NCBI GenBank assembly: GCA_963737655.1
Contig: CAVTTN010000002.1
Span: 2,304,001-2,368,000, forward strand
Direction: 5' to 3'
Length of the DNA stretch: 64,000 nt
Source: an uncultured Planctomycetota bacterium
GTDB taxonomy: Bacteria > Planctomycetota > Planctomycetia > Isosphaerales > Isosphaeraceae
In this document: positions 28,000 to 38,257 of the stretch, in pieces
Layout of the letters: each line of letters opens with the position of its first letter
Numbering within the stretch: the stretch's first letter is position 1
Notes under the pieces: model-generated
What the model was told of the DNA's origin: nothing
Database searches by the model: none
Seen by the model: the letters and a program-made list of their open reading frames with translations, nothing else
Position numbers and translations under genes: made by a program

Positions 28000-28682
28000 A
28001 TGCCCGTCTTTCGGCTCGACCGCCGGCCCCTGTTCCCGCCTCCCGAGCTGGCCGAGCCCGACGGGTTGCTGGCCATGGGCGGGGACTTATCGGTCCCGAG
28101 GCTGCTCGAAGCCTATCGCCTCGGCATCTTCCCCTGGTACGAGCCGGGGGAAGAGATCTTGTGGTGGTCGCCGGACCCGCGATGGGTGCTCGAACCGGGG
28201 CGATTCGTCGCGTCTCGGAGCCTCCGCGCGACGATCCGCAAGGGGATTTTTGAGGTCCGGTTCGACTCGGCGTTTCGCGAGGTGATCCACTCGTGCGCCG
28301 CCATTCCGAGGAAGAACGAGGATGGGACGTGGATCAGCGGGGACATCGAACGCGCCTACTCGGCCCTGCATGACCTGGGCTTCGCCCACTCGATCGAGAG
28401 TTACGCCGACGGCGAGCTCGTCGGCGGCCTGTACGGGGTCGGGCTGGGCCGGGCGTTCTTCGGCGAGTCGATGTTTTCGACGCGGACCGACGCGTCCAAG
28501 GTCGCGCTGGCGTCCCTGGTCGAGGAGGCGAAGGCGCGGGGGATCGTCCTGATCGATTGCCAGGTCCGCAGCGAGCACCTCCGGAGCCTCGGGCCCACGG
28601 GGTCCCGCGATCGGAGTTCCTCGCCAGGCTCCGCGAGGCGCTGGACGGGCCGACGGCCCCGGGTCGGTGGACCCGGGGATAG
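28000..28682 (+). CDS. aat: Leucyl/phenylalanyl-tRNA--protein transferase, with a frameshift near 28591-28596
   Basis: DGLLAMGGDL, GIFPWY, WWSPDPR, FFGESMFS, DASKVAL, IDCQ. One extra G at GGGCCC restores the expected end LGAHGVPRSEFLARLREAL...W..G* (TAG 28680-28682). Confidence 0.92.
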
Positions 28683-28748
28683 CTCGGGATCGCCTCCCGG
28701 CGGGAAACCTCGATCAGATCCCGATCCGGGAGCGTCCTCCGGGACGGT

Positions 28749-29957
28749 TCAGGCGCCGAACTTCTGGAGGCGGCCGGCGTGGGCCATGGCCAGGGGCATG
28801 ATGCTCTTGGCGAGGATCTGCCCGAGCCCTCCCTGGAGGCACGGCCTCTCGCCGAACGTGGTCACGAAGTCGGGCCGGACCGTCGCCGGGGCCCAGATCA
28901 GCAGGGGGACCGGGTGGAAGCTGTGCGACTTCATCCGGCTGGGCGTCGAGTGGTCGCCCGTGACGATCAGGACGTCCGGCTTCAGCGCCGAGAGCTTCGG
29001 CATCTCGGCGTCGAGGGCCTCGATCATCTCGACCTTCTTGGCGAAGTTCCCGTCTTCGCCGGTGCTGTCCGTGTACTTGTAATGGAGGAAGAAGAAGTCG
29101 TATTGATCCCAGTTCGCCTTGAGGGCGTCCATCTGATCGGCCAGGGTCTTGCCCGGCTCGATCACGTCCATCCCCACGAGCTTGGCCAGGCCGCGATACA
29201 TCGGATAGACCGCGATGGCCGCCGACTTCAGCCCGTAGACGTCCTCCATCGTGGCGATGTCCGGGAACTTCGCGAAGCCTCGCATCATCAGGAAGTTGGC
29301 GGGTTTTTCGTCCTTGAGGATGGCCTTCGCGTGGCGGAGGAACTCGGCGGCGACCTTGGCGGTCTTCTCGCTCCCGGCGCTCCCGGCCTTCGGTTCGAGG
29401 GTGTGGAGGCCGGTGGAGAGGGGGTCGGTATCCGCCACCTCGTCGCCCAGACCTTCGCCCCGGAAGCGGACGACCAGGCGATACTCGCGGACCGGCTCGA
29501 CCAGGGTTTCCACGCCCTCGATCCGGATCGCGCGGAGCTTCTCGACGAGCTTCACGCAGGTCTCGGTGGGGATGCGGCCGGCCCGGCGGTCGGTGACGAT
29601 GCCTTCGCCGTCGATCGTGCAGAAGTTGCCGCGGATCGCCACGTCGTTCGGGCCGACCTCGACGCCGATCCCCAGCGCCTCCAGCACACCTCGGCCGATC
29701 TGGTGGGCGAGCGGGTCGTAGCCGAACAGGCCGAGGTGTCCGGGGCCGGAGCCGGGGGCGATCCCGTGGGCCACGGGGATGCTCAGGCCGACCGTGCCCT
29801 CGACCGCCAGGCGATCGAGGTTCGGCGTCTTCGCCGCCTCGAGCTCGGTGGGCCCGCCCGGCTCGATCGGCAGGCCGCCGAGGCCGTCGGCCACGAGCAT
29901 CACGATCTTGGTCTTGTTGTCCTCGCGAAGCTGGCGGATCAAGTCGTGCTCGTGCAT
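28749..29957 (-). CDS. apgM: 2,3-bisphosphoglycerate-independent phosphoglycerate mutase (ApgM type)
   Basis: DGLGGLP, TELEAAKTPNLD, PGSGPGHLGLFGYDP, DRRAGRI, TDSTGEDG, TGDHSTP. Confidence 0.93.
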   Translation of the reverse strand: MHEHDLIRQLREDNKTKIVMLVADGLGGLPIEPGGPTELEAAKTPNLDRLAVEGTVGLSIPVAHGIAPGSGPGHLGLFGYDPLAHQIGRGVLEALGIGVEVGPNDVAIRGNFCTIDGEGIVTDRRAGRIPTETCVKLVEKLRAIRIEGVETLVEPVREYRLVVRFRGEGLGDEVADTDPLSTGLHTLEPKAGSAGSEKTAKVAAEFLRHAKAILKDEKPANFLMMRGFAKFPDIATMEDVYGLKSAAIAVYPMYRGLAKLVGMDVIEPGKTLADQMDALKANWDQYDFFFLHYKYTDSTGEDGNFAKKVEMIEALDAEMPKLSALKPDVLIVTGDHSTPSRMKSHSFHPVPLLIWAPATVRPDFVTTFGERPCLQGGLGQILAKSIMPLAMAHAGRLQKFGA

Positions 29958-30115
29958 GGCAAGCGGGCGGCCTCGGTCGGTTTCGGTTCGAGTCGTCTCG
30001 GGGGGGTGAGCCGGTATTCTCGCCGCGACGAGGCCGATCGGTCAACCGACCTGTGAGGCCGAGTCCGGCTCCGGTAGACTCGTCCTCGACCCCGAAACCC
30101 ACCGGAGGCCCCCGG

Positions 30116-30688
30116 ATGAGCGTCTCGACCGACCTGGAACGGCTCTCCCCCGAGGAGTTCCTCGCCCGGCCCGACCACCCCCACTTCGAGCTCGTCGACG
30201 GGCAGCTTGTGGAGCTTCACGTGAGCATCCTGTCGAGCCGGGTCGGAGCGATCGTGGCTCGAACCCTGGACAATCACTGCGCTGCGAATGACCTGGGCTG
30301 GGTCTTCGGCGCCGACCTTGATTATCGATGCTTCCCGGATGATCCCGACAAGCTCAGGAAACCCGACGTCTCGTTCATCCGTCGGCAACGATTCGGCCAG
30401 ATCCAGCCGAGCGACGGGGTTTGTCGGATTCGCCCCGATCTCGTCGTGGAGGTGGTCTCGAAGAATGACCTTGCCTACGAGGTGGATGAGAAGGTCAAGG
30501 AGTATCGATCCGCACTCGTGCCCCTGGTCTGGATCGTGAATCCCGAGGCCGGGGTCGTCCGCGTCCACCGCTCCGATGGCTCCTCGGCCTGGCTCCTCGA
30601 AACGGACACCCTGACCGGCGAGGACATCCTCCCCGGCTTCTCCTGCCGGGTCGCCGACCTCTTCCCCCCGGCGGTCGTGGCCCCGTAG
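30116..30688 (+). CDS. Uma2-family (DUF820) endonuclease
   Basis: FELVDGQL, RKPDVSFI, PDLVVEVVS, KVKEY, VWIVNP, LPGF. Confidence 0.92.
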   Translation: MSVSTDLERLSPEEFLARPDHPHFELVDGQLVELHVSILSSRVGAIVARTLDNHCAANDLGWVFGADLDYRCFPDDPDKLRKPDVSFIRRQRFGQIQPSDGVCRIRPDLVVEVVSKNDLAYEVDEKVKEYRSALVPLVWIVNPEAGVVRVHRSDGSSAWLLETDTLTGEDILPGFSCRVADLFPPAVVAP

Positions 30689-30731
30689 GACGTCCCCGCC
30701 CACCGATGAGGCGGGGCGATCTCCGTATTCC

Positions 30732-30801
30732 GTAGGGTCCGCTATTGCGGACCGGATTTGTTTCGGCTTGCGTGAAGATGGTCCGCAATAGCGGACCCTA
30801 C
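30732..30801. repeat. REPIN-like doublet, family A
   Basis: GTAGGGTCCGCTATTGCGGACC (30732-30753) and its exact reverse complement (30780-30801). Confidence 0.92.
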
Positions 30802-30913
30802 GAAGAGGGGATCGATCCCCCGCCGGAATCTTCTCCGAATTCCTGCGAAGTTGAAGACAGACCGCCGCCTCGGGGCAGTACCCGGCGGATTGCGACCGTC
30901 GGAGGACTCAGCG

Positions 30914-32848
30914 ATGACGATGGCGGCGAGGCGAGGCGGGGCGGTCCCGGCGTTCCAGGCCCTCTGGGATGCGGGGACCGTGGCGGGGCTGGGCGAGGCG
31001 GAATTGCTGGCCCGGTTCGCCTCGAGGCGGGACGAGGCGGCGTTCGCGGCGCTGGTCCGGCGTCATGGGCCGAGGGTCCTGGGGGTCTGTCGGCGGGTGC
31101 TCGGCGACGAGCATGCCGCCGAGGACGCCTTCCAGGCCACCTTCCTCGTCCTGGCGAGGAAGGCCGGCTCGATCGCGTCTCCCGAAGGGCTGGGCTCGTG
31201 GCTTCACGGCGTCGCGCTGAGGACCGCGAAGAAGGCCCGGGCCGGGGCGGCGCGTCGGAGGGAAAAGGAGGCGGAGGCCGGGGCGGCGACGCTCCGGGTG
31301 CCGTCTCCCGGACCCTCGACCGACGACCTCCGCCCGGTGATCGACGAGGAGCTCGCCCGTCTGCCCGAGAAGTACCGCGCCCCGGTCCTCCTGTGCGACC
31401 TGGAAGGCTCGTCGATCGACGAGGCGGCGGCGTCCCTCGGCCTGCCGAGGGGGACCGTCGGCACTCGATTGACCCGGGCCCGCTCGCTCCTCCGATCTCG
31501 CCTGACCCGCCGAGGGCTCGCCCTGGGCGGGGGGCTGGTCGCATCCCTCGCGACGGCCGGGAACGTCCCGGCCGCGATGATCGACGAGGCGGCCCGCTCC
31601 GCGACCCTGTTCGCGGATGCGGGATCGACCTCCAGGCTCGCCACCTCGTCGGCCCTCCTGGCCCGGCGGGTGTTGAGGGGGATGACCATGACTCGATACG
31701 CGCTGCCGGCCGCCCTGATCGCGGCCGTGAGCCTCGGAGGGATCGCCCTCTTCGCGATCAAGGCCGAGGCGAAACGATCGCCCGGCGCCTCGGCCCCGAT
31801 CGACGACCCGAAGCCCAGGGCCGATCGGCCAAGAGGGGCCTGGGTCGTCACGAAGGTGACGATCAACGGCGCCGAGGAGCCGATCGTCCAGGAGGTCAAG
31901 GGCTCCGTGATGAGCTTCGCCGCCGACGTCCTGGTGATGAAGATGAAGGGGGGCCTGGAAATGGAATACACCGCCACGTTCGACCCCTCGAAGACGCCGC
32001 CGTCCCTCCGCTTCGAGTCCGCGAAGCCGGCGAAAGGTCGGAACATGAACGGCATCTATGAGATGAAGGACGGCTCGCTCCGCCTCGCCTGGTTCGAGAA
32101 CGGCGGCGACCAGGTGCCGACGGACTTCGAGACCAAGCCCGACCCGCCGGCCGGCCTGATCGTCCTGACCCTGACGCCCCAGGACAAGGCCCCGAAGCCC
32201 GATCCCGCCGCCGAGAAGGCCGAGGAAGTCACCATCGCCCGCGCCGAGGCCAACCGCAACTTGCGGATGATCGCCCTGGCCATGCACACCTACCACAGCA
32301 CCAACGACCACTTCCCGCCCGCCGCCACCCACTCGGCCGACGGCAAGCCTTTGCTGAGCTGGCGGGTCGCGATCCTCCCCTACATCGCCGAGCAGGAGCT
32401 CTACGACCAGTTCCGCCAGGACGAGCCCTGGGACAGCCCCCACAACAAGGCCCTCCTCGCCAAGATGCCGCCGGTCTTCGCCCAGAGGGGCAAGCCGAAG
32501 GACGCCACATCCACGATCTATCAGGCGATCACCGGCGCCGGGACGATGTTCGACGGCCCCGACGGCACGGCCATCGAGAAGATCACCGACGGCACGACCA
32601 ACACGATCATGGTCGTCCAGGGAGGCACGCCCGTCCCCTGGACGAAGCCCGAGGACATCGAATACCTCCCCGGAAAGCCCCTGCCAAAAATCGCCGGCCC
32701 CCTGCCCGGCGGGTTCCTCGCCGTGATGGGCTCGGGCCAGGTCCAGTTCGTTTCGAAGAAGGCCAAGGAGGCCCTGATCCGGGCCGCCTTCACCCGGAAC
32801 GGCGGCGAGTTCCTCGACATCAAGGACCTCGACCCGATCGACGAGTGA
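30914..32848 (+). CDS. ECF sigma factor with TM and C-terminal TIGR03067-like and DUF1559-like domains
   Basis: AFAALVRRHGPRV, AEDAFQATFLVL, LPEKYRAPVLLCDLEG, GTVGTRL; then FDPSKTP...GIYEMKDGSL and NLRMIALAMHTY...LSWRVAILPY...ITDGTTNTI; GGAGGA RBS. Confidence 0.9.
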   Translation: MTMAARRGGAVPAFQALWDAGTVAGLGEAELLARFASRRDEAAFAALVRRHGPRVLGVCRRVLGDEHAAEDAFQATFLVLARKAGSIASPEGLGSWLHGVALRTAKKARAGAARRREKEAEAGAATLRVPSPGPSTDDLRPVIDEELARLPEKYRAPVLLCDLEGSSIDEAAASLGLPRGTVGTRLTRARSLLRSRLTRRGLALGGGLVASLATAGNVPAAMIDEAARSATLFADAGSTSRLATSSALLARRVLRGMTMTRYALPAALIAAVSLGGIALFAIKAEAKRSPGASAPIDDPKPRADRPRGAWVVTKVTINGAEEPIVQEVKGSVMSFAADVLVMKMKGGLEMEYTATFDPSKTPPSLRFESAKPAKGRNMNGIYEMKDGSLRLAWFENGGDQVPTDFETKPDPPAGLIVLTLTPQDKAPKPDPAAEKAEEVTIARAEANRNLRMIALAMHTYHSTNDHFPPAATHSADGKPLLSWRVAILPYIAEQELYDQFRQDEPWDSPHNKALLAKMPPVFAQRGKPKDATSTIYQAITGAGTMFDGPDGTAIEKITDGTTNTIMVVQGGTPVPWTKPEDIEYLPGKPLPKIAGPLPGGFLAVMGSGQVQFVSKKAKEALIRAAFTRNGGEFLDIKDLDPIDE

Positions 32849-32908
32849 GCCCGGCCCGGGATCGCCGTTGACCACGGATCACTCTCGGATCGCGCCCGAC
32901 GGTCCTTC

Positions 32909-32966
32909 GGAGGGCAAGCCCTGGCCTGCCGATCTCGGGGGGACGGCAGCCCAGGGCCTGCCTTAC
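32909..32966. repeat. Degenerate family B doublet
   Basis: GGAGGGCAAGCCCTGGCCTGCC-GATCTCGGGGGGAC-GGCAGCCCAGGGCCTGCCTTAC. Confidence 0.8.
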
Positions 32967-33119
32967 CTTTCGTGGGCGCGATCCGAGAGCGAGACTCTCA
33001 CGAACTCGTCCTGGCTTGCCCCCTCTCGGCCCGACCGCGGCTACAATGGCGGTCGGGTCGGAGGGATTCCTCCGAAACGCCCTGAGCGTCTCGCGAGGCC
33101 ACGCCGAGAAGGAGAGCCG

Positions 33120-33482
33120 ATGGAGATCCTCACCGCCGAGCAACTGACGAAGAAGCAGTGCGTCCCGTGCGAGGGGGGCGTGCCGAAGCTGGCCCCCGAG
33201 GAGGCCGCCGCGTTCCTGGAGAACGTCCCGGGCTGGTCGCTCGTCCGCGACGGCCAGAGGATTCGCAAGGAGTGGCGGGTCAAGAACTTCCTGGCCGCGA
33301 TGGCCTTCTTCAACAAGGTCGCCGAGGTCGCCGAGGCCGAGGGGCACCACCCCGACCTGCACCTGGAAGGCTATCGCAACGTGGCCATCGAGATCTGGAC
33401 ACACGCCATCGGCGGGCTCTCGGAGAATGACTTCATCCTCGCCGCCAAGATCGACGCGTTGCCCCTCGCCGTGAAGGCTTGA
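33120..33482 (+). CDS. phhB: Pterin-4-alpha-carbinolamine dehydratase
   Basis: CVPCEGG, AEAEGHHPDL, WTHAIGGLSENDFILAAKID; AAGGAG RBS. Confidence 0.93.
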   Translation: MEILTAEQLTKKQCVPCEGGVPKLAPEEAAAFLENVPGWSLVRDGQRIRKEWRVKNFLAAMAFFNKVAEVAEAEGHHPDLHLEGYRNVAIEIWTHAIGGLSENDFILAAKIDALPLAVKA

Positions 33483-33821
33483 TGAAGCCCGGGGCGGGGC
33501 CGTCTCCGTCTCCCGGGGTCCATCGGCCGGAAGCGTTTCGGGCGGCACGGGTTCCGTCCTCGCAACCCGTGAGGGCCGGCCCACGGGTCCCGAGGACGGG
33601 ACCCGTGCCGCCCGGGAACTCGTCCGAAGAATCGTCCTCCGAGGACGAAACGGCCCCGGAGCCCGAGGCGACGGACCTTGAAGCGTCGGCTAGAATACCT
33701 TACCTTGACCGGCCATGCGTCGATGGCGCACGAAGGCGGGGGCGGTGGGTTCTCCTCGACGAAGGGCGAGGGCGGCGGTCGCGGATCGCGACGGCCGACC
33801 CGGGAGGCGACGGAAGACACG

Positions 33822-34367
33822 ATGTACGTACCCAAGCAGTTGTTCTTCACCAAGGGCGTCGGGGTCCACCGCGAGAAGCTCTCCAGCTTCGAGCTGGCCC
33901 TGAGAGACGCCAAGATCGCCTGCTACAACCTCGTCCGGGTCTCGAGCATTTTTCCGCCGAACTGCGAAGAAGTGTCGATCAAGACGGGATTGACGAAGCT
34001 GGAACCGGGGCAGATCGTCCACGTGGTCATGAGCGAATGCGCCACGGCCGAGCCCAACCGGCTGATCGCCGCCAGCGTCGGCGTGGCGATCCCCCGCGAC
34101 CGATCGACGTTCGGCTACCTGTCCGAGCACCACGCCTACGGCCAGACCGCCAAGCTCGCGGCGGACTACGCCGAGGACCTCGCCGCCGAGATGCTCGCGA
34201 CGGTCCTCGGAGTCGAGTTCGACCCGCAGAGCTCCTGGGACGAGAAGCGCGAGATCTGGAAGATCGCCGACGTGATCTACAAGACCAAGGAGATCACCCA
34301 GACGGCCATCGGCAACAAGGACGGCCTCTGGACCACCGTGATCGCCGCCGCCGTGCTCCTGGCCTGA
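33822..34367 (+). CDS. pdaD: Pyruvoyl-dependent arginine decarboxylase
   Basis: [23 protein letters not shown], self-cleavage site [28 protein letters not shown]. Confidence 0.92.
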   Translation: MYVPKQLFFTKGVGVHREKLSSFELALRDAKIACYNLVRVSSIFPPNCEEVSIKTGLTKLEPGQIVHVVMSECATAEPNRLIAASVGVAIPRDRSTFGYLSEHHAYGQTAKLAADYAEDLAAEMLATVLGVEFDPQSSWDEKREIWKIADVIYKTKEITQTAIGNKDGLWTTVIAAAVLLA

Positions 34368-34402
34368 GTCCGGGACCTCGACCCGTCGGAGGCGGTCGTT
34401 CG

Positions 34403-34789
34403 ATGGACGCGCTCCCCGAGTTGATCCGCGAGTACGCCGCCCTCCTCGATCGCTCCGCCGAGATCGAGGCGAGGAAGGACGAGCTGAAGGCGAAGATCCA
34501 GGAGGCCATGCACCGCGACGGCGTGGCCTTCGCCAACTCCCCCTTCGGCTCGGCCCGGAAGATGGCCCGGTTCAAGCTCTCGCCCAGGCCCGGGCCCGTC
34601 CTCGGCCTCCTCGAACGCGAGGACCTCCTGCCGTTCGCGAATTTCACCTCGGCCAGGGTGACCGAGCTGCTCGTCCCGAAGTATGGCCGAGAGCGATTGA
34701 TGCCCCTCTTCGACGTCGAAAAGACCGAATATTTGCTCGTGAAGAGGCCCTCCGAAGGCCGAGGGGACGACGATGGCCGACGGCGGTAG
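34403..34789 (+). CDS. Hypothetical protein (128 aa) with an N-terminal coiled coil
   Basis: [44 protein letters not shown]; fills the gap between pdaD and the DHS-like gene and overlaps the latter by 17 nt. Confidence 0.75.
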   Translation: MDALPELIREYAALLDRSAEIEARKDELKAKIQEAMHRDGVAFANSPFGSARKMARFKLSPRPGPVLGLLEREDLLPFANFTSARVTELLVPKYGRERLMPLFDVEKTEYLLVKRPSEGRGDDDGRRR

Positions 34790-35978
34790 CCCCGACTTCC
34801 TCAGCACGATCAGCCAGCACCGGATCGCCCCCCCGGCCGTCACGGGCGCGGTCTCGGCCGCGGACCTGATCGACGGCGCCTTCCTCAGCTACAACGCCGG
34901 GAGGCTCCGCGAGGTCTGCGGCGTGTTCACGAAGAAGATGCTCCGGCCCGATTGCACGGTCGGCCTGACGCTCTCCGGCGCCCTGACGCCCGCCGGGCTC
35001 GGCATGAGCTGCCTGATCCCCCTGATCCGCGCCGGCTTCGTCGATTGGATCGTCTCGACCGGCGCGAACCTCTATCACGACACCCATTACGCCCTCGATT
35101 TGCCCCTCCATCAGAGCCGGCCGAACCTGGATGACTTCGCCCTCCGCGAGAACAACGTCATCCGCATCTATGACATCGTGTTCGACTACTCGACCCTCCT
35201 GGATACCGACGCCTTCTATCGCGAGCTGATCCGCGACGACGTGTTCGCCCGGTCGATGGGCACGGCCGAGTTCCACCACCTCGTCGGCCGGTATCTCCAC
35301 GGCCGGGCCTCGGCGCTGGGCAAGGAATCCAACAGCCTCCTCGCCGTGGCGTATGAATGCGGAGTCCCCGTGTTCACGTCCAGCCCCGGGGACAGCTCGA
35401 TCGGGATGAACCTGGCGGCGAGCGCTCTGGGCGGCGGGGCGTTGCAAATCGACACGCTCCGCGACGTGAACGAGACGGCGGCGATCGTCTGGAAGGCGAA
35501 GCAGGGCGGGGGCACGTCGGGCGTGTTGATCCTCGGCGGCGGCAGCCCGAAGAACTTCATCCTGCAGACCGAGCCTCAAATCCAGGAAGTGCTCGGCCTG
35601 GCCGAATCGGGCCACGATTACTTTTTGCAGATCACCGATGCGAGGCCCGACACCGGCGGGCTCTCCGGGGCCACGGCCACCGAGGCGATGACCTGGGGCA
35701 AGGTCGATCCCGACAAGCTGCCCGACTCCGTGACCTGCTACACCGACTCGACCATCGCCCTGCCTTTGCTCACGGCCTATTCGCTCGCGAGGGTCGGGGC
35801 CCGGCCGCTGAAGCGGTTGTACGACCGTCGCGACGCCGATTACGAGGCGCTCTGCGCCGCCTACGTCGAGGCCCAATCCGCCGACGTGCGGACCGGGATG
35901 GCGTCCCGGCAGTCGCAGGGCCGGCACTCTCACCAGGCCCCTCCCAAACATCCCGACACGATGGACCGCGATCGCTAG
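34773..35978 (+). CDS. Deoxyhypusine synthase-like protein (SpeY / homospermidine-biosynthesis type)
   Basis: [48 protein letters not shown] with the catalytic Lys retained. Confidence 0.9.
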   Translation: MADGGSPDFLSTISQHRIAPPAVTGAVSAADLIDGAFLSYNAGRLREVCGVFTKKMLRPDCTVGLTLSGALTPAGLGMSCLIPLIRAGFVDWIVSTGANLYHDTHYALDLPLHQSRPNLDDFALRENNVIRIYDIVFDYSTLLDTDAFYRELIRDDVFARSMGTAEFHHLVGRYLHGRASALGKESNSLLAVAYECGVPVFTSSPGDSSIGMNLAASALGGGALQIDTLRDVNETAAIVWKAKQGGGTSGVLILGGGSPKNFILQTEPQIQEVLGLAESGHDYFLQITDARPDTGGLSGATATEAMTWGKVDPDKLPDSVTCYTDSTIALPLLTAYSLARVGARPLKRLYDRRDADYEALCAAYVEAQSADVRTGMASRQSQGRHSHQAPPKHPDTMDRDR

Positions 35979-35991
35979 ATCGGATCGTTTC

Positions 35992-37011
35992 ATGGACCGG
36001 CCCACCGCGATCCTGAAGGTCGATCCCGACCGTCCCGATCCCGGGCTTCTCGAAGAGGCCGCCCGGGTGATCCGGGCCGGCGGGCTCGTCGCGTTCGCCA
36101 CGGAGACGGTCTATGGCCTGGGTGCCGATGCCACGAACCCCGTTGCCGTGGCGAGGATCTTCGCCGCCAAGGGTCGGCCGTCGCGGAACCCGTTGATCGT
36201 CCACGCGAGCGACGCCGAGATGGCCCGGTCGTGCGTTGCGGCGTGGCCCGACGAGGCCGAGACGCTGGCCGATCGGTTCTGGCCCGGCCCTCTTTCGCTG
36301 GTCCTCCCCCGATCCGATCGGGTGGCCGATCTCGCGACCGCGAACCTGCCGACGGTGGGCGTGAGAGTGCCCGTTCCGGCGGTCGCTCGCGGCCTGATCG
36401 CCCGGGCCGGCGTGCCGATCGCCGCGCCCAGCGCCAATCGATCGAACGCGCTGTCGCCCACGCTCGCCGAGCACGTTTCGAGGGACCTGGATGGGCGGGT
36501 CGATCTGATCCTCGACAGCGGACCCACGACCATCGGCCTCGAATCCACGATTTTTGACGTGACGAGCCGTCCGTTCCGCGTGCTTCGGCCGGGCCCGATC
36601 ACGGCAGAGTCGCTCTCGGCGGCGATCGGGGGCGCGGAGGTCGTCTCGGCCGTCGAGGGGACCGCCTCGGACCGCCCGACGAGTCCCGGGCAACTGCCGG
36701 TCCACTACGCGCCGAGGACGCCCGCGGTGTGGCTCGAACCCGAGGAGGTCGAGGCGTTCGAGCCTCCCGAGATGACCGCGATTCTCCGGTTCGACGGCCA
36801 GGACTTTCCCGAACGTCGGGAATACGCCTTCAGTCTTTCTCTGCCCGATCCCGAGGGGGCCGCGGCCCTGCTGTACCAGAGGCTCCACGTCCTCGACGGC
36901 CTGGGGATCGACCTCATCGTGATCGTGGCGCCACCGGACCGGCCCGAATGGCGGGCGGTCCGCGACCGTCTCCGAAGGGCGACGGCCCGCGATCGCCCTT
37001 CGGGTGCATGA
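35992..37011 (+). CDS. sua5: L-threonylcarbamoyladenylate synthase (Sua5/TsaC2)
   Basis: TETVYGLGADA, KGRPSRNPLIVH, WPGPL, APSANRS, GLESTI, SPGQLPVHYAP followed by the SUA5 domain. Confidence 0.93.
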   Translation: MDRPTAILKVDPDRPDPGLLEEAARVIRAGGLVAFATETVYGLGADATNPVAVARIFAAKGRPSRNPLIVHASDAEMARSCVAAWPDEAETLADRFWPGPLSLVLPRSDRVADLATANLPTVGVRVPVPAVARGLIARAGVPIAAPSANRSNALSPTLAEHVSRDLDGRVDLILDSGPTTIGLESTIFDVTSRPFRVLRPGPITAESLSAAIGGAEVVSAVEGTASDRPTSPGQLPVHYAPRTPAVWLEPEEVEAFEPPEMTAILRFDGQDFPERREYAFSLSLPDPEGAAALLYQRLHVLDGLGIDLIVIVAPPDRPEWRAVRDRLRRATARDRPSGA

Positions 37012-37180
37012 GACGGTCGGGTGCATGAAATGCACCGTCATGTCGGGTGCATGAAATGCACCAAAAAGCGGCGGGCGAGGCCCGCCCTCCGATCCCGGTT
37101 CGGCCTCGATTTGACCTGGGAGAGCGGGGAAGGAGGGCGGCCGAGGGCCGCCGCGGGTTGGTGCATTTCATGCACCCTAC
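37002..37180. repeat. Family D REP cluster between convergent sua5 and ruvB
   Basis: GTCGGGTGCATGAAATGCACC at 37016 and 37042 (26-bp period), a partial copy at 37002, and an inverted copy GGTGCATTTCATGCACCCTAC at 37160-37180. Confidence 0.92.
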
Positions 37181-38244
37181 TCGAAGAGCCTGGGCTGCTC
37201 TTCGAGGTCCAGCTCGATCATCGGCTCGCGCAGGCCGAGGTGGCGATACGCCTTCGCGGTGGCCTTGCGGCCCCGGGGCGTGCGGACGATGAAGTGCTTG
37301 CGGAGGAGATACGGCTCGACCTCGTCGGTGAGGGTGTCCACGGCCACGCTCATGGTCGCGGCCATCGCCTCGGCTCCGGTCGGGCCTCCGTGGAAGACCT
37401 GCAAGAGCGTCTCGAGGTAGCGGCGGTCCTGCTTGTCGAGTCCCTCGGTATCGACCTCCTGCATGGCCAGGGCGTCCTGGGCGATGGTCAGGGTGATGTG
37501 GCCGTCGGCCCGGGCGGTGGCGAAGTCGCGGACCCAGCGGAGCCTCGCGTTGGCCAGCCTGGGCGTGCCTCGGCTCCTCCGGGCGAGCTCCCAGGCGGCT
37601 TCGGGCGTGACCGTGGTCTTGAGCTTCCCGGCGTTGACCTGGACGATCCGGGCGAGGTCTTCCTCGTCGTAGAATTCCAGATGCTCGTGCATGTGGAACC
37701 GATCGCGCAACGGGCCCGAGAGCATCCCGCTCCGCGTCGTGGCGCCGATCATGGTGAACTTCTTCAGGGGCAGGTTGATCGTCCGGGCGTTCATGCCCTC
37801 GCCCAGGACGATGTCCACGCGGAAGTCCTCCATCACGGGATAGATGAACTCCTCGACCGTGGCGGGGAGGCGGTGGATCTCGTCGATGAAGAGGATCGAG
37901 CCCTCGGCGGCGTTGGTCAGGTACGGCATCACGTCCGCATTCTTGGCCAGGGCCGGGCCGCTGGTCATGTTCAGCTCGACGCCCAGCTCGTTGTGAAGGA
38001 CGGTGGCGAACGTGGTCTTGCCCAGCCCCGGAGGCCCGTCGAAGAGGATGTGGGGCAGGGGCTCCTTCCTCTTCTTCGCGGCGGTCAGCGCGATCATGAG
38101 CCGTTCGGCCACGCCTCGCTGGCCGATGACCTCGTCGAGCCGTTGGGGCCGCAGCTTCTCCTCGACCGGATCGACGGGCTTCGCCTCGTCCCGTCGCCGC
38201 TTGCCCTCGTCCATCCCCCCGCCGATGATCGCTTCCCTAGCCAT
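37177..38244 (-). CDS. ruvB: Holliday junction branch migration helicase RuvB
   Basis: LRPQRLDEVIGQ, GPPGLGKTT, FIDEIHRL, GATTRSG, SRGTPR, EPYLL, RTPRGR. Confidence 0.97.
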   Translation of the reverse strand: MAREAIIGGGMDEGKRRRDEAKPVDPVEEKLRPQRLDEVIGQRGVAERLMIALTAAKKRKEPLPHILFDGPPGLGKTTFATVLHNELGVELNMTSGPALAKNADVMPYLTNAAEGSILFIDEIHRLPATVEEFIYPVMEDFRVDIVLGEGMNARTINLPLKKFTMIGATTRSGMLSGPLRDRFHMHEHLEFYDEEDLARIVQVNAGKLKTTVTPEAAWELARRSRGTPRLANARLRWVRDFATARADGHITLTIAQDALAMQEVDTEGLDKQDRRYLETLLQVFHGGPTGAEAMAATMSVAVDTLTDEVEPYLLRKHFIVRTPRGRKATAKAYRHLGLREPMIELDLEEQPRLFE

Positions 38245-38257
38245 GATCGCGGCCCCC

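Noticed and set aside
28683..29082. Long C-terminal extension of Aat overlapping apgM
   Set aside because: Caused by a one-base deletion; the family-like C-terminus is in another frame and ends at 28682.
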